A DNA stretch of 64,000 nucleotides from Dysgonamonadaceae bacterium (GTDB taxonomy: Bacteria > Bacteroidota > Bacteroidia > Bacteroidales > Azobacteroidaceae): positions 762-64,761 of the forward strand of contig JAISUN010000005.1 in the NCBI GenBank assembly GCA_031272085.1, written 5' to 3'. The notes below the pieces were generated by a model. The model was given only the letters and a program-made list of their open reading frames with translations, was not told where the DNA came from and did not search any database. Positions 1-9,526 of the stretch are shown here, one piece after another. Each line of letters opens with the position of its first letter. Positions within the stretch are counted from its first letter, which is position 1. A program made the position numbers and the translations under genes.

Positions 1-337
1 ACCGCTGGCACAGCGCAAGTTCGAGTTGAATCCCAAACATTTTTTGCGCCGAATATTTTATTAGCCAAGCCGCGAGAAACAAGCCTCCAAAATAGGCAAC
101 CGCTTCGCGGATAACGGTTTTCAGGGCAACTTGCAGGCCGATTCTAAACGTTTCAAAACCGTCTGTCCAGCCCGCTCCGGCAAATGCGCAAAGAGCTATA
201 ACTCCCACTGCGGGGTAGAAATAGCCCGTATTAAACGCCTCGTTGTTTGTCGTTTCCCGTTGTGGCGCAAGTTCTTCCCAGGCTTTGGCAGGATTGATAA
301 TAAGTTGGTAGATTTGAAGAAAAAGTTGTTTCAACAT
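1..337 (-). CDS. Yip1/DUF1282-like membrane protein, runs off the left edge
   Basis: Not in the ORF track. Manual translation from ATG 337 gives MLKQLFLQIYQLIINPAKAWEEL...YFYPAVGVIALCAFAG...AYFGGLFLAAWLIK...LALCQR, open to base 1. The P-x-x-A-W start and the hydrophobic helices fit the family. Confidence 0.65.
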   Translation of the reverse strand, partial: MLKQLFLQIYQLIINPAKAWEELAPQRETTNNEAFNTGYFYPAVGVIALCAFAGAGWTDGFETFRIGLQVALKTVIREAVAYFGGLFLAAWLIKYSAQKMFGIQLELALCQR

Positions 338-355
338 TCTGCAACCGCTTTATTT

Positions 356-1117
356 TCAATAAGAATCGCTAAACCGCGTTATCAAAATCGGCTCGGTCTC
401 GGACGTAAGATTGGAAAATTGACCTACGCCATCGACTACCGAAGAAACATATTTAATCCTTACCTTTATATATTTGTATTTATAGTCCTGATACGTAGTA
501 TCGGAAGCATAACCAAACAGCGGCCGGAGGTCGAAAGCGAAGATTGAGCCGGTTGCCGTTTCGCCGCTCGTGCCGTCGCCTATGAGTTTGGCCTGCATAC
601 AGAGGTCGATAGTGGCGCCCACGTCATAAAACGCCAGACTGCTCTTTGTAATGCGGAAATCAAGTCCTTGTCCCTGTTTGGCGGTAAATTCCGCGCTCAC
701 GAAAAAGCGTCCGTCAAGATAGGGGCTTGAAACATACTGAATGTTTGAAAGCGGAAGGATGTAATCGGTAGAATCAATCTCATCAAGCGAAGTCAGGCTT
801 CTTTTCGGAACTCCAACAGGCTGGATTTCGGTAGCAGTCGTGTAAGCCGTACTCGGCTGATTGTCGTAATCAATTTTCATCTGCTGGATGAAGATGCAGG
901 AATCGGCGGCCATTCCGGTAAGTTGGGGAGCGGCGAAATAGCCGACATTGCTTTTAAGCACCGGATAACCTCCAAATGCGAAATTATAATCCGGCGAAAC
1001 AACGGCGCAAACGCCGGCCGGGGTTACGTAATTTCCTCCGCCAATCGGGTCGCAACCGGTGAGGGCAGTCAGGCTGACAAGCGCTGAAACTGCAATAAGA
1101 AAAATTTTTGTTTTCAT
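356..1117 (-). CDS. Hypothetical lipoprotein (possibly NigD-like)
   Basis: 253-aa ORF with a signal peptide and lipobox LTGC-D; beta-rich body. Confidence 0.7.
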   Translation of the reverse strand: MKTKIFLIAVSALVSLTALTGCDPIGGGNYVTPAGVCAVVSPDYNFAFGGYPVLKSNVGYFAAPQLTGMAADSCIFIQQMKIDYDNQPSTAYTTATEIQPVGVPKRSLTSLDEIDSTDYILPLSNIQYVSSPYLDGRFFVSAEFTAKQGQGLDFRITKSSLAFYDVGATIDLCMQAKLIGDGTSGETATGSIFAFDLRPLFGYASDTTYQDYKYKYIKVRIKYVSSVVDGVGQFSNLTSETEPILITRFSDSY

Positions 1118-1287
1118 TATTTCGTAAATTTATATGTTTTATCTATTATAAGATGCACAAGCAAGTAAAAACGTTGCACGAGGCGTAAAAAAATATCTGC
1201 GCGGGCGCAAAATTACAAATTTTTATTATCCATTCAAAAAAAATCAAATTTTTATTGTACTTTTGCGTAATTTTCAGAAAAAAGAGA

Positions 1288-2115
1288 ATGTATAACGATG
1301 ACTCATTCCATATCGACGTTAAAGAAATATTGCAGGCCAAGGCTCCTGACCTCGCCCGCAAAATCCCCGGTTTTGTCGTTGACGGATTGGCAAAACTGAT
1401 ATGTCAGGACGATGTGAACCGCTTTTTGGAATTTAACGGCGATGCGAAAGGCGTTGATTTTATGAACAATGCGATGAAATATTTCGAGGTCGGCCTGACT
1501 GTCGAAGGCGCAGAAAACCTGCCCGAAGCCGGACAACGCTCGATTTTCGTATCAAACCACCCGCTCGGCGGAATGGACGGGATATGCCTCTCGGCTTTTC
1601 TTGGAAATCATTACTCGCAGAATATCAAGTATTTAGTGAACGACATCCTGTATTTTATCGAACCTCTGCAAACAATTTTCGTGCCGGTAAACAAGCATGG
1701 GGCGCAGGGACGCGAAGCGGTGGCAATGCTCCATGAAGCGCTGGCTTCCGACGCGCAGATAATTACCTTTCCGGCAGGACTTTGCTCGCGGAAAGAACAC
1801 GGAAAAATAAGCGACACGCCTTGGAAAAAGATGTTTATCTCGAAAGCCATTGAATATGAACGGGATATAGTTCCGGTTTATTTCGACGGGAAAAATTCCA
1901 ACTTTTTTTACAATTTGGCATTATGGCGTAAACGGCTGAAAATCAAGTTCAATATTGAGATGCTGTTTTTACCGCGAGAATTTTTTGGAGCAAAAGGGCG
2001 GACTTTCAGGGCTGTTTTCGGCAAACCCATTCCCTACCGGACTTTCGATTCGGCAAAAAGCCCGCAACAGTGGACAAATTACGTAAGAAACAAAGTTTAC
2101 AACACTCATAACTAA
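1288..2115 (+). CDS. glsA: PlsC-family O-acyltransferase, GlsA-like (glycine lipid synthesis)
   Basis: NHPLGGMD (HxxxxD) and FPAG motifs. Directly upstream of the GlsB-like gene. ATG 1288 chosen because it follows the -7 element TACTTTTG at 1258. Confidence 0.75.
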   Translation: MYNDDSFHIDVKEILQAKAPDLARKIPGFVVDGLAKLICQDDVNRFLEFNGDAKGVDFMNNAMKYFEVGLTVEGAENLPEAGQRSIFVSNHPLGGMDGICLSAFLGNHYSQNIKYLVNDILYFIEPLQTIFVPVNKHGAQGREAVAMLHEALASDAQIITFPAGLCSRKEHGKISDTPWKKMFISKAIEYERDIVPVYFDGKNSNFFYNLALWRKRLKIKFNIEMLFLPREFFGAKGRTFRAVFGKPIPYRTFDSAKSPQQWTNYVRNKVYNTHN

Positions 2116-2117
2116 TT

Positions 2118-3173
2118 ATGGAAGAAATAATTCCCAAAATTGAAAGGAAAATCCTTAAATCGGAATTGACACCCGATAAACTGTTCAGAAAAACAAACAA
2201 ATCGGGTAACGAAATCTACATTTTCACCGCTCATACCGCTCCCAATGTGATGAGCGAAGTAGGCCGCCTGCGCGAAACCGCTTTCCGATTTTACGGCGGC
2301 GGAACAGGAAAAGCCTTGGATATCGACGATTTCGATACCATAAAAAATCCTTATAAACAACTCGTTGTCTGGGACCCGCAGGCCGAGGAAATTTTGGGCG
2401 GATACCGATTCCGCTGCGGCAGCGAAATCACGTTCAACGCTGACGGACAGCCCGATAACATTGCGACAGCCGAACTTTTCCACTTTTCGCCGGAGTTTGT
2501 TTCCGAATATTTGCCGTTTATGGTGGAATTAGGCCGCTCGTTTGTGTCATTAGACTATCAATCAAGCAAATACGGCTCAAAAGGCTTGTTCGCCCTCGAT
2601 AATCTTTGGGACGGGCTGGGCGCTCTTTCGGTTTTGGAACCGGGTTTGAAATATTTTTTCGGGAAAGTTACGATGTACAACACTTACAATCCCGACGCCC
2701 GCAACCTGATTCTGTTTTTCCTCGACAAATATTTCCGCGACGGCGATAATTTAGTTACGCCCATTCATCCGCTTAAAACGGAAGCAAACCACGTTGAAAT
2801 CGCAAAACTTTTCAACCATAAAAACTATAAGGACGATTACAAAATCCTGAATACGGAAGTCAGGAAATACAACATAAATATCCCGCCTTTGGTCAGCGCT
2901 TATATGAATCTCTCGCCCACGATGAGGGTTTTCGGAACGGCGGTAAACGACGAGTTCGGAGCGGTGGAAGAAACGGGAATTTTAATAAATATCGACGAGA
3001 TTTTTGAGGAAAAGAAGCAGCGGCATATCGAATCCTTCCTGCGCGAACGGCCTTCGAAGTTTCTGTTGAAACGCCTGAAAAAACTGATTTACGGCGGCGC
3101 AAGGCAAAAATCGCTGTTTTTCGACAAAGATTCTTTGCTCTGCAAAATTAAAAACAGACGAAAAGAAAAGTAA
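2118..3173 (+). CDS. glsB: GNAT/OlsB-like N-acyltransferase, GlsB/ChoA-like
   Basis: EVGRLRETAFR..GGGTG..DIDDFD, ELGRSFV, LDNLWDGLGAL and IPPLVSAYMNLSP motifs match the Bacteroidales N-acylglycine synthase family. Confidence 0.8.
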   Translation: MEEIIPKIERKILKSELTPDKLFRKTNKSGNEIYIFTAHTAPNVMSEVGRLRETAFRFYGGGTGKALDIDDFDTIKNPYKQLVVWDPQAEEILGGYRFRCGSEITFNADGQPDNIATAELFHFSPEFVSEYLPFMVELGRSFVSLDYQSSKYGSKGLFALDNLWDGLGALSVLEPGLKYFFGKVTMYNTYNPDARNLILFFLDKYFRDGDNLVTPIHPLKTEANHVEIAKLFNHKNYKDDYKILNTEVRKYNINIPPLVSAYMNLSPTMRVFGTAVNDEFGAVEETGILINIDEIFEEKKQRHIESFLRERPSKFLLKRLKKLIYGGARQKSLFFDKDSLLCKIKNRRKEK

Positions 3174-3179
3174 AAAATT

Positions 3180-3797
3180 ATGATAACAATTGGAATTGCA
3201 GGCGGAACCGGTTCGGGAAAAACCACGGTAGTCCGCAAAATAATAGAGAGTTTGCCGGAAGGCGAAGTGGCCTTGCTGCCGCAGGATTCGTACTACAAAG
3301 ACAGCAGCCATATCCCGCCCGAAGAACGGCAATTTATCAATTTCGACCATCCCGACGCTTTCGATTGGGAACTGCTCTCGACGCACCTCCGCATGCTTCG
3401 CGAAGGCCGCAGCGTCGAACGTCCGACGTATTCTTACCTCACCTGTACCCGTTTGCCGGAAACCGTGCATATCGAGCCTCGCGACGTGATTTTGATTGAA
3501 GGAATTATGGCGCTTTGCGACGAGGGACTGCGCTCGCAAATGGATTTGAAAGTCTTTGTGGACGCCGATTCCGACGAGCGGCTAATCCGCGTCATCAACC
3601 GCGACATCGTTGAGCGCGGGCGCACCGTGGAAAAGGTTATGGAACGCTATACCCGCGTCCTGAAACCTATGCACCAGCAATTTATCGAGCCTACGAAACG
3701 CTATGCCGACCTTATTGTTCCACAGGGCGGCAACAACCGGATAGCGATAGACATTCTGACAATGTTTATCGAAAAAAATCTTAATTTGACGAAATAA
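3180..3797 (+). CDS. udk: Uridine kinase
   Basis: IGIAGGTGSGKTT P-loop, NFDHPDAFD, RDIVERGR. Confidence 0.95.
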   Translation: MITIGIAGGTGSGKTTVVRKIIESLPEGEVALLPQDSYYKDSSHIPPEERQFINFDHPDAFDWELLSTHLRMLREGRSVERPTYSYLTCTRLPETVHIEPRDVILIEGIMALCDEGLRSQMDLKVFVDADSDERLIRVINRDIVERGRTVEKVMERYTRVLKPMHQQFIEPTKRYADLIVPQGGNNRIAIDILTMFIEKNLNLTK

Positions 3798-3804
3798 AAC
3801 GCTG

Positions 3805-4974
3805 TTACAGAGCCTGTTCCAAGTCTGCGAGCAGGTCTTCGACGTTTTCTATGCCGACCGACATCCTGATTAAGGTATCGGAAATGCCAATCGCGTCGCA
3901 AACCTCTTTTGCTACGTGGACGTGCGTCATTTTTACCGGCAGTTCGATAAGCGATTCCACTCCCCCAAGGCTTTCGGCGGTAACGAAAAGCGAAAGTTTG
4001 TCCATAAATTTCACGGCGTCGCTCAACTCGCCTTTCAGTTCAAAGGAAACCATCCCGCCGTAGCCTGAGGCCTGCTTTTTCGTCAATTCGTGCTGAGGAT
4101 GGCTCGGCAATCCGGGATAAAGAACGCGCTTGACTTTCGGATGATTTTCCAAAAATTCGGCTATCCGGAGGGCGTTTTTCTGATGTTGCTCCATTCGGAC
4201 GGCCAAAGTTTTGATTCCCCGCATATTAAGGTAGCAGTCGAAAGGCGGAAGCACTGCTCCGCAGTTGTTTTGAGCCGCTTTCAGTTTCTCATAGAGAGCG
4301 TCGTCGGAAGTCATTATTGCGCCGCCCAGCACGTCGCTGTGTCCGCCGATGTATTTTGTTGTGCTGTGCAGGATTATGTCGGCTCCAAGGGCTGCGGGCT
4401 GTTGAAAATAAGGCGACATAAAAGTATTATCTACAACAACGATAATCCCTTTTGAATGAGCAATTTCGGCCAAGGCGCGGATGTCGCAAATCTTTATCAG
4501 CGGATTGGTAGGCGATTCTATCCACAGCATTTTTGTTTCGGGACGTATGCTCCGGCGGAAAAGTTCGAGGTCGGTCAAATCAATATAAGATACTGACAGA
4601 TAATTAAATACATCATCCAAGAGGCGGCGCGTGCCGCCGTAAAGGTCGTCGAAGCCGATAACGTGGTCGCCCGGACGGAGCAAAGTTTGAAAAATGGTCG
4701 TTTCGGCCGCCAAACCGGAAGCGAAAGCCAGTCCGTAGCGGACATTTTCTATTGCCGCAAGTTTTTCCTCGTAGGCTTTGCGGGTAGGATTTCCCGAACG
4801 GACATAATCGAAATCCGAAACTTTCTGTTCGGGATTATGCCAGGCGTATGTAGTGGTCAAATGAATAGGCGCAACAACGTCGCCTGCCGCTCCCTGACTG
4901 TAATTCGGCGATTCGCCCGCGTGTATGGATTTTGTAGCGAAACCATAATTTTCTAACTTTCGTTCTTTGCTCAT
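3805..4974 (-). CDS. PLP-dependent cystathionine gamma-synthase/lyase (Cys/Met metabolism family)
   Basis: YVRSGNPT, ESPTNP, DNTF, HSTTKYIGGHSD (PLP lysine), SLGGVESL. Confidence 0.9.
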   Translation of the reverse strand: MSKERKLENYGFATKSIHAGESPNYSQGAAGDVVAPIHLTTTYAWHNPEQKVSDFDYVRSGNPTRKAYEEKLAAIENVRYGLAFASGLAAETTIFQTLLRPGDHVIGFDDLYGGTRRLLDDVFNYLSVSYIDLTDLELFRRSIRPETKMLWIESPTNPLIKICDIRALAEIAHSKGIIVVVDNTFMSPYFQQPAALGADIILHSTTKYIGGHSDVLGGAIMTSDDALYEKLKAAQNNCGAVLPPFDCYLNMRGIKTLAVRMEQHQKNALRIAEFLENHPKVKRVLYPGLPSHPQHELTKKQASGYGGMVSFELKGELSDAVKFMDKLSLFVTAESLGGVESLIELPVKMTHVHVAKEVCDAIGISDTLIRMSVGIENVEDLLADLEQAL

Positions 4975-5050
4975 TATCAAAAAATTTTAGTCCGCAAAAT
5001 TATTAAAATTTTTCGGATTTTCAACCGAAAATGCAAAAAATCGCATAATT

Positions 5051-6532
5051 TTACCAGCCCGGATTTTGACTGCCTTTCAACGCCGGATTTGCTATCAGGT
5101 CGCGCGAAGGAATAGCCCAAACCATCTTGTTGTCGCCTGCCGGACGGTTCAGCGCATCGGCGTCGGAGCCGAGGGTAACTATCGAGGCTTCTTGCGGTTC
5201 GCCGCGCACAACGCCCATTTTCCAGCGTTTCAGGTCGTCTAAACGGACGCCTTCGCAGAGAAATTCGCGGGTGCGTTCGTTGCGGATTTCCTGTTTCAGC
5301 GCTTCGCCCGAAATGTTGGTCAAGGCTGTCAAGCCGCGGGCAGTGCGCAAAACATTGAGCGCAGCCAGACTTTCAGCGTCTTTTCCGCTCCACGCAAGGG
5401 CTTCGGCCTTTATCAGGTGGGCTTCGGCGATTCTGAAAACCTTGGGCTTATGCTGGAAATTGCTGTTCAGCGTATCCATCACGAGCAGCGGATTTCCGGG
5501 ATATTTATTTATCAGATAAACATCGTTGTAAGTCTTGCCGTCAATCTTTATCAGCGGTTTCGACAGATAAACCTGTTTGCGGATGTCGGCCTCGTCGTAG
5601 AGGTCAACCACCCATTTTTCGGGCAGATAATACGGCGTATATTCCTTAGTTACGTAGTAATACGACCAGAAAATGCCGTTGGTAGCCGCTTTTTCGGTAT
5701 CTTTTATGCACATCAGCATCAAAATGCTTTCTTTTATGTCGTCTTTATGCCAAACGTCGGTCAAATCTTTTACGGTGCTGACTATGCGGTAAATCTTCCT
5801 TGAAATCAGTTTGTCGGCTTCGGCGACGGCATCGCCGTAACGGTGCATTGTCAGGTAAACCCTTGCGCGAAGGGCAGTTGCACAGTCTTTTGAAACCCGT
5901 ATTGCTCCCTGATAACCGGCAAGGGAAATTTTTGCCTGCGCAGAGTCCAAGTCGGCTAATATTTGTTCGTAAACCTCTGAAACTGACGCTCTTGGAAGTT
6001 CCGCCTTCAAATCGAAATGCAATGAAAGCGGAACTCCGGGGTCGGCGGCAGCCGTTTCCGGCTCGTAATCGCGGGCGTAGCGCTTAATAAGTTTTTCGTA
6101 ATAAAAAGCGCGGAAAAAATACGCTTCGCCAATGTAATTTTCGAGTTGAGATTTTTCGCTATCTGTTTCAACCTCAATAAGATGGGCATTATCGAGAAAA
6201 TTATTGACATTTGCTATGGCTTTATAACATCCCGCCCAAACGGAAGCAATATTTTCGTCGTTGTCGATAAAATTCCAGCGGTAAACGCTGCTTGCATCCT
6301 CGCAAACAAGGCTGGCGTGCAGCAAATCGGACTGGATATCGGGCAAAAACATATCGCCGCCGTAAACGCGGTCGCGCATCTGGGCATAGAGGCCGTTGTT
6401 GTGCTTCGCCGCATCTTTCAGCGTTTTGAACGATTCGGTATTTTCGAGGTCGGTAAACGGGATTCTTTCCAAATCGCAGGCAGTGAAAAGCAAGGCGGCA
6501 AAAAAAAGGAATATTATGTTTAATTTATTCAT
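5051..6532 (-). CDS. RagB/SusD-family lipoprotein
   Basis: Start reassigned to MNKLNIIFLFFAALLFTAC (lipobox). GEAYFFRA, FRIAEAHLIKAEA, ERTREFLCEGVRLDDLKRW and terminal QNPGW. Confidence 0.92.
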   Translation of the reverse strand: MNKLNIIFLFFAALLFTACDLERIPFTDLENTESFKTLKDAAKHNNGLYAQMRDRVYGGDMFLPDIQSDLLHASLVCEDASSVYRWNFIDNDENIASVWAGCYKAIANVNNFLDNAHLIEVETDSEKSQLENYIGEAYFFRAFYYEKLIKRYARDYEPETAAADPGVPLSLHFDLKAELPRASVSEVYEQILADLDSAQAKISLAGYQGAIRVSKDCATALRARVYLTMHRYGDAVAEADKLISRKIYRIVSTVKDLTDVWHKDDIKESILMLMCIKDTEKAATNGIFWSYYYVTKEYTPYYLPEKWVVDLYDEADIRKQVYLSKPLIKIDGKTYNDVYLINKYPGNPLLVMDTLNSNFQHKPKVFRIAEAHLIKAEALAWSGKDAESLAALNVLRTARGLTALTNISGEALKQEIRNERTREFLCEGVRLDDLKRWKMGVVRGEPQEASIVTLGSDADALNRPAGDNKMVWAIPSRDLIANPALKGSQNPGW

Positions 6533-6545
6533 AATCAGATTATTA

Positions 6546-9503
6546 TTAAAATGAAACTTCAAAACCCAAGGATAATTCCCTCGTGTTGGGATTTGCTCCC
6601 GAAACGGGAAGGCCGCGATTTTCAACTTCCGGGTCGGGTCCGTCGAATCGGGTAAAAGTCAGCAGGTTGCGTCCGCTCGCAAAAATCCTGAAATTGCTTA
6701 TATTGACCTTTTTCAGCAAGTTAGACGGCAGGCTGTAAGACAGCATCAGCGATTTGAGGCGGACAAACGAAGCGTCGTCAAGGAAACGGGAATCTTCCTG
6801 TAAAAGTTCGCCATATTTGGGATATTTTGTCCGGTCGCCGGGCGATTTCCAGTAATCAAGCGCTTCTTTGCGGGTATTGTGGATTGACGACCAGCCCGAA
6901 GCCGAATAGGAAGCGTAAAAACGGTCGCGGTTGAAAACAGTCTTTTTCAGGGTGTAAGAAAACATCGCCGAAAGGCTGAATCTGCGCCAACCGGCATCAA
7001 AACCGAATCCGCCGTTAATCGGGGCATAAACCGGAATACCTGTATTCTGGTAAAGCGCCGTAGAACTGAATTCTTTGGTTACATTGGCGGGATTTTTTGT
7101 TGTTATCGTATTGTCGTCTGCATTAGGCAGATACCACATTTGTTTCCCGTCGTTTGCGTCGATTCCCGCAAAAATCGGATAGAAGTAGGTCAGCGGCTGT
7201 CCTACTACGTAGGAATATGGGTATCCGGCCGGCTGCCACTGCTTTTCGCCGTTGAAAAGTTCGAGGATTTTGTTGCGGTTGTAGCCCATTGTCAGGTTCA
7301 GCGAAACAAACGAATTTTTGGATTTGAAGGCGTCCCAGTTCAAGTTGAGGTCAATTCCGCGGTTCTGCATTTTCCCTACATTCGATTTCAGCGAACTGAA
7401 TCCGGAAGTGTAGAAATACGGCACGTCGATAATGAGTTGCGAAGTTTTGCGGTCGTAAAAATCGAGGTCGATAGCGAGGCGTTTGCCGATTTTCGTACTC
7501 AACGACAGCGTTCCGATTGTCTGGTATTCCCATGTCAGGTGGGGGTCGCCGGCCTGTTTCAGTTCAAAACCGCTCTGTCCGGCGTAAGGTTTCGACGAGC
7601 CTATGGTTGTCAGGCGGTCGTAATCGCCGATTGCCGAGTTGCCCGAAGTTCCGTAATTGAAGCGGATTTTCAAGTCTTTATTCAAATCTTTTTTCAAGTT
7701 CCACATAAAGCCGCCCGAATAGAAGAAAAACGAACGGTTTTCGGCGCTGAAACGCGAAGATTTATCGTTGCGAACATTGAAATTCAGAAAATAACGGTCG
7801 TCGAACGAATAATCGAGACGGCCGAAAAGCGAAAGATAAACGTATTGCGAACGGAACTGATTGACGCTCCGGCTGTTAACGCCTTCGTAAAGCATCATCA
7901 GGCGGTCGTCGGACTGTCCCGACGAGGAAGCCTCGAAACTCTGATAATCGTTGTCGATGTATTCCTGCCCGGCAAGAGCCGTTAAATAGTGGTTTTCGGC
8001 TGGATTGAAGCGGTATTCGAGAGTATTTGTAATAGTCGGCGAGAAATTGCGGTAAAAAGTTTCCGAGCGGTTTCCGTTGTCGAGATTGCCCTCAAACGAA
8101 GCGAGGCGCATAGACGAAATGCGCAAATCGTAAGCGTCAATATTCATATTGGTGCGGAAAACAAGGCCTTTAATCGGAGTAATTTCGGCGAAAAAAGTGC
8201 CGTTCAGCATCAAATTATTCTTGGCCGACTGCATTTTTTCGGCCAAATACCATGGACTGTAACGGTTAAGCCCCGGAATCAGGTTGTAAACCTCGCCCGT
8301 TTCGGGATTCCAAGGGGTATAATAAGGCAAAAGCATATAAAATGCGCCTCCGTTCAGATTGTCGGAACCGACAAAAGAATACGGATTATTGCTGGCTTCG
8401 GTGTAGGTTACCGAAGCATTAAGCCCTATTTTCAGCCATTTACGAAGATTCGACTCTATATTTGAACGCACTGTGTAGCGGTCGAAAGACGAGCGCGGCG
8501 CAAGGCCCTGGGCGCCATAGTAACTGCCTGATATAAAGTAAGTATGGCTCTCGCCGCCGCCGTTGATTGACAGATTCGACTGGTAACGCGGCACGCTCGA
8601 TTTGTAGTAAAGGTCGAGCCAGTTGGTATTGTAGGGAAAATTTTCGCGGATATTTTGAATTTGTTCGTCCGAACGCGCTCCGGTAGCCGCCCAATAATCA
8701 AGCAGTTGCTCGGACGACATCATACTGTTGAAAAAGCCGGTGTTGGCCAAAGACGACCAACTGTACTGCCCTTTTACCGAAATCTGCGCTTTCTGGTTGA
8801 ACGAGCCTTTTTTAGTAGTTATGTAAACTACCCCGTTTGCCGCACGCGAACCGTATATCGAGTTCGAGGCTGCGTCTTTCAGGAAGGTTACGCTTTCCAC
8901 ATCGTCGGGATTGACCGATTCAAAAGAGCCGACCGGCGAGCCGTCAACGACAAACAGCGGATTTGTGTTTCCAAACACCGAACCCATACCGTGCAGCCTC
9001 ATCTCGAAAGAGCCGGAAGGCTCGCCCGAATTGTTGCTTATTTCCAATCCCGAAACCTTGCCTTGAAGCGCGTCTATCAGGTTGGGAGCCGGTTTGTCGA
9101 TAATGGATTTCGACGAAATTTTTGTGATATTGCCGACTACGGTACTTATTTTTTTCCCGCTGCCGTAACCGATAACTACCACGTCTTGAAGCGTTTGTAC
9201 GTCCTCTTCCATTTTCACGTCAATCCGGCTTCGTCCTTTAACCGCCTGTATAACAGGCGTATATCCCATATATTTATATTCGAGGCTGACCTCGCCCGAA
9301 GGAACAGTTATCGTATATTTCCCCTCGGCATCGGTTTCTGCGTAATATTTTGCAGAATTTTTCACAAGAATGGAAACGGCCATCAACGGCTGTCCATCTT
9401 TTGCATCGCTCACAGTTCCGCTTATTTGGCGTGTCTGCGAAAATAAAACGTTGCTCCACGCAAGGAGCGGGAGCAACGCAACAGAAAAGATTAATTTATT
9501 CAT
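6546..9503 (-). CDS. SusC/RagA-family TonB-dependent transporter
   Basis: Start reassigned to MNKLIFSVALL. VVVIGYG, LKDAASNSIYGSRAANGVVYITTKKG plug motif, DASFVRLK, C-terminal Phe. Confidence 0.95.
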   Translation of the reverse strand: MNKLIFSVALLPLLAWSNVLFSQTRQISGTVSDAKDGQPLMAVSILVKNSAKYYAETDAEGKYTITVPSGEVSLEYKYMGYTPVIQAVKGRSRIDVKMEEDVQTLQDVVVIGYGSGKKISTVVGNITKISSKSIIDKPAPNLIDALQGKVSGLEISNNSGEPSGSFEMRLHGMGSVFGNTNPLFVVDGSPVGSFESVNPDDVESVTFLKDAASNSIYGSRAANGVVYITTKKGSFNQKAQISVKGQYSWSSLANTGFFNSMMSSEQLLDYWAATGARSDEQIQNIRENFPYNTNWLDLYYKSSVPRYQSNLSINGGGESHTYFISGSYYGAQGLAPRSSFDRYTVRSNIESNLRKWLKIGLNASVTYTEASNNPYSFVGSDNLNGGAFYMLLPYYTPWNPETGEVYNLIPGLNRYSPWYLAEKMQSAKNNLMLNGTFFAEITPIKGLVFRTNMNIDAYDLRISSMRLASFEGNLDNGNRSETFYRNFSPTITNTLEYRFNPAENHYLTALAGQEYIDNDYQSFEASSSGQSDDRLMMLYEGVNSRSVNQFRSQYVYLSLFGRLDYSFDDRYFLNFNVRNDKSSRFSAENRSFFFYSGGFMWNLKKDLNKDLKIRFNYGTSGNSAIGDYDRLTTIGSSKPYAGQSGFELKQAGDPHLTWEYQTIGTLSLSTKIGKRLAIDLDFYDRKTSQLIIDVPYFYTSGFSSLKSNVGKMQNRGIDLNLNWDAFKSKNSFVSLNLTMGYNRNKILELFNGEKQWQPAGYPYSYVVGQPLTYFYPIFAGIDANDGKQMWYLPNADDNTITTKNPANVTKEFSSTALYQNTGIPVYAPINGGFGFDAGWRRFSLSAMFSYTLKKTVFNRDRFYASYSASGWSSIHNTRKEALDYWKSPGDRTKYPKYGELLQEDSRFLDDASFVRLKSLMLSYSLPSNLLKKVNISNFRIFASGRNLLTFTRFDGPDPEVENRGLPVSGANPNTRELSLGFEVSF

Positions 9504-9526
9504 AATCAAGGATAAATGCAGTTTTT

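Noticed and set aside
131-547. 138-aa plus-strand ORF
   Set aside because: It overlaps two better-supported minus-strand genes and has no recognisable features.
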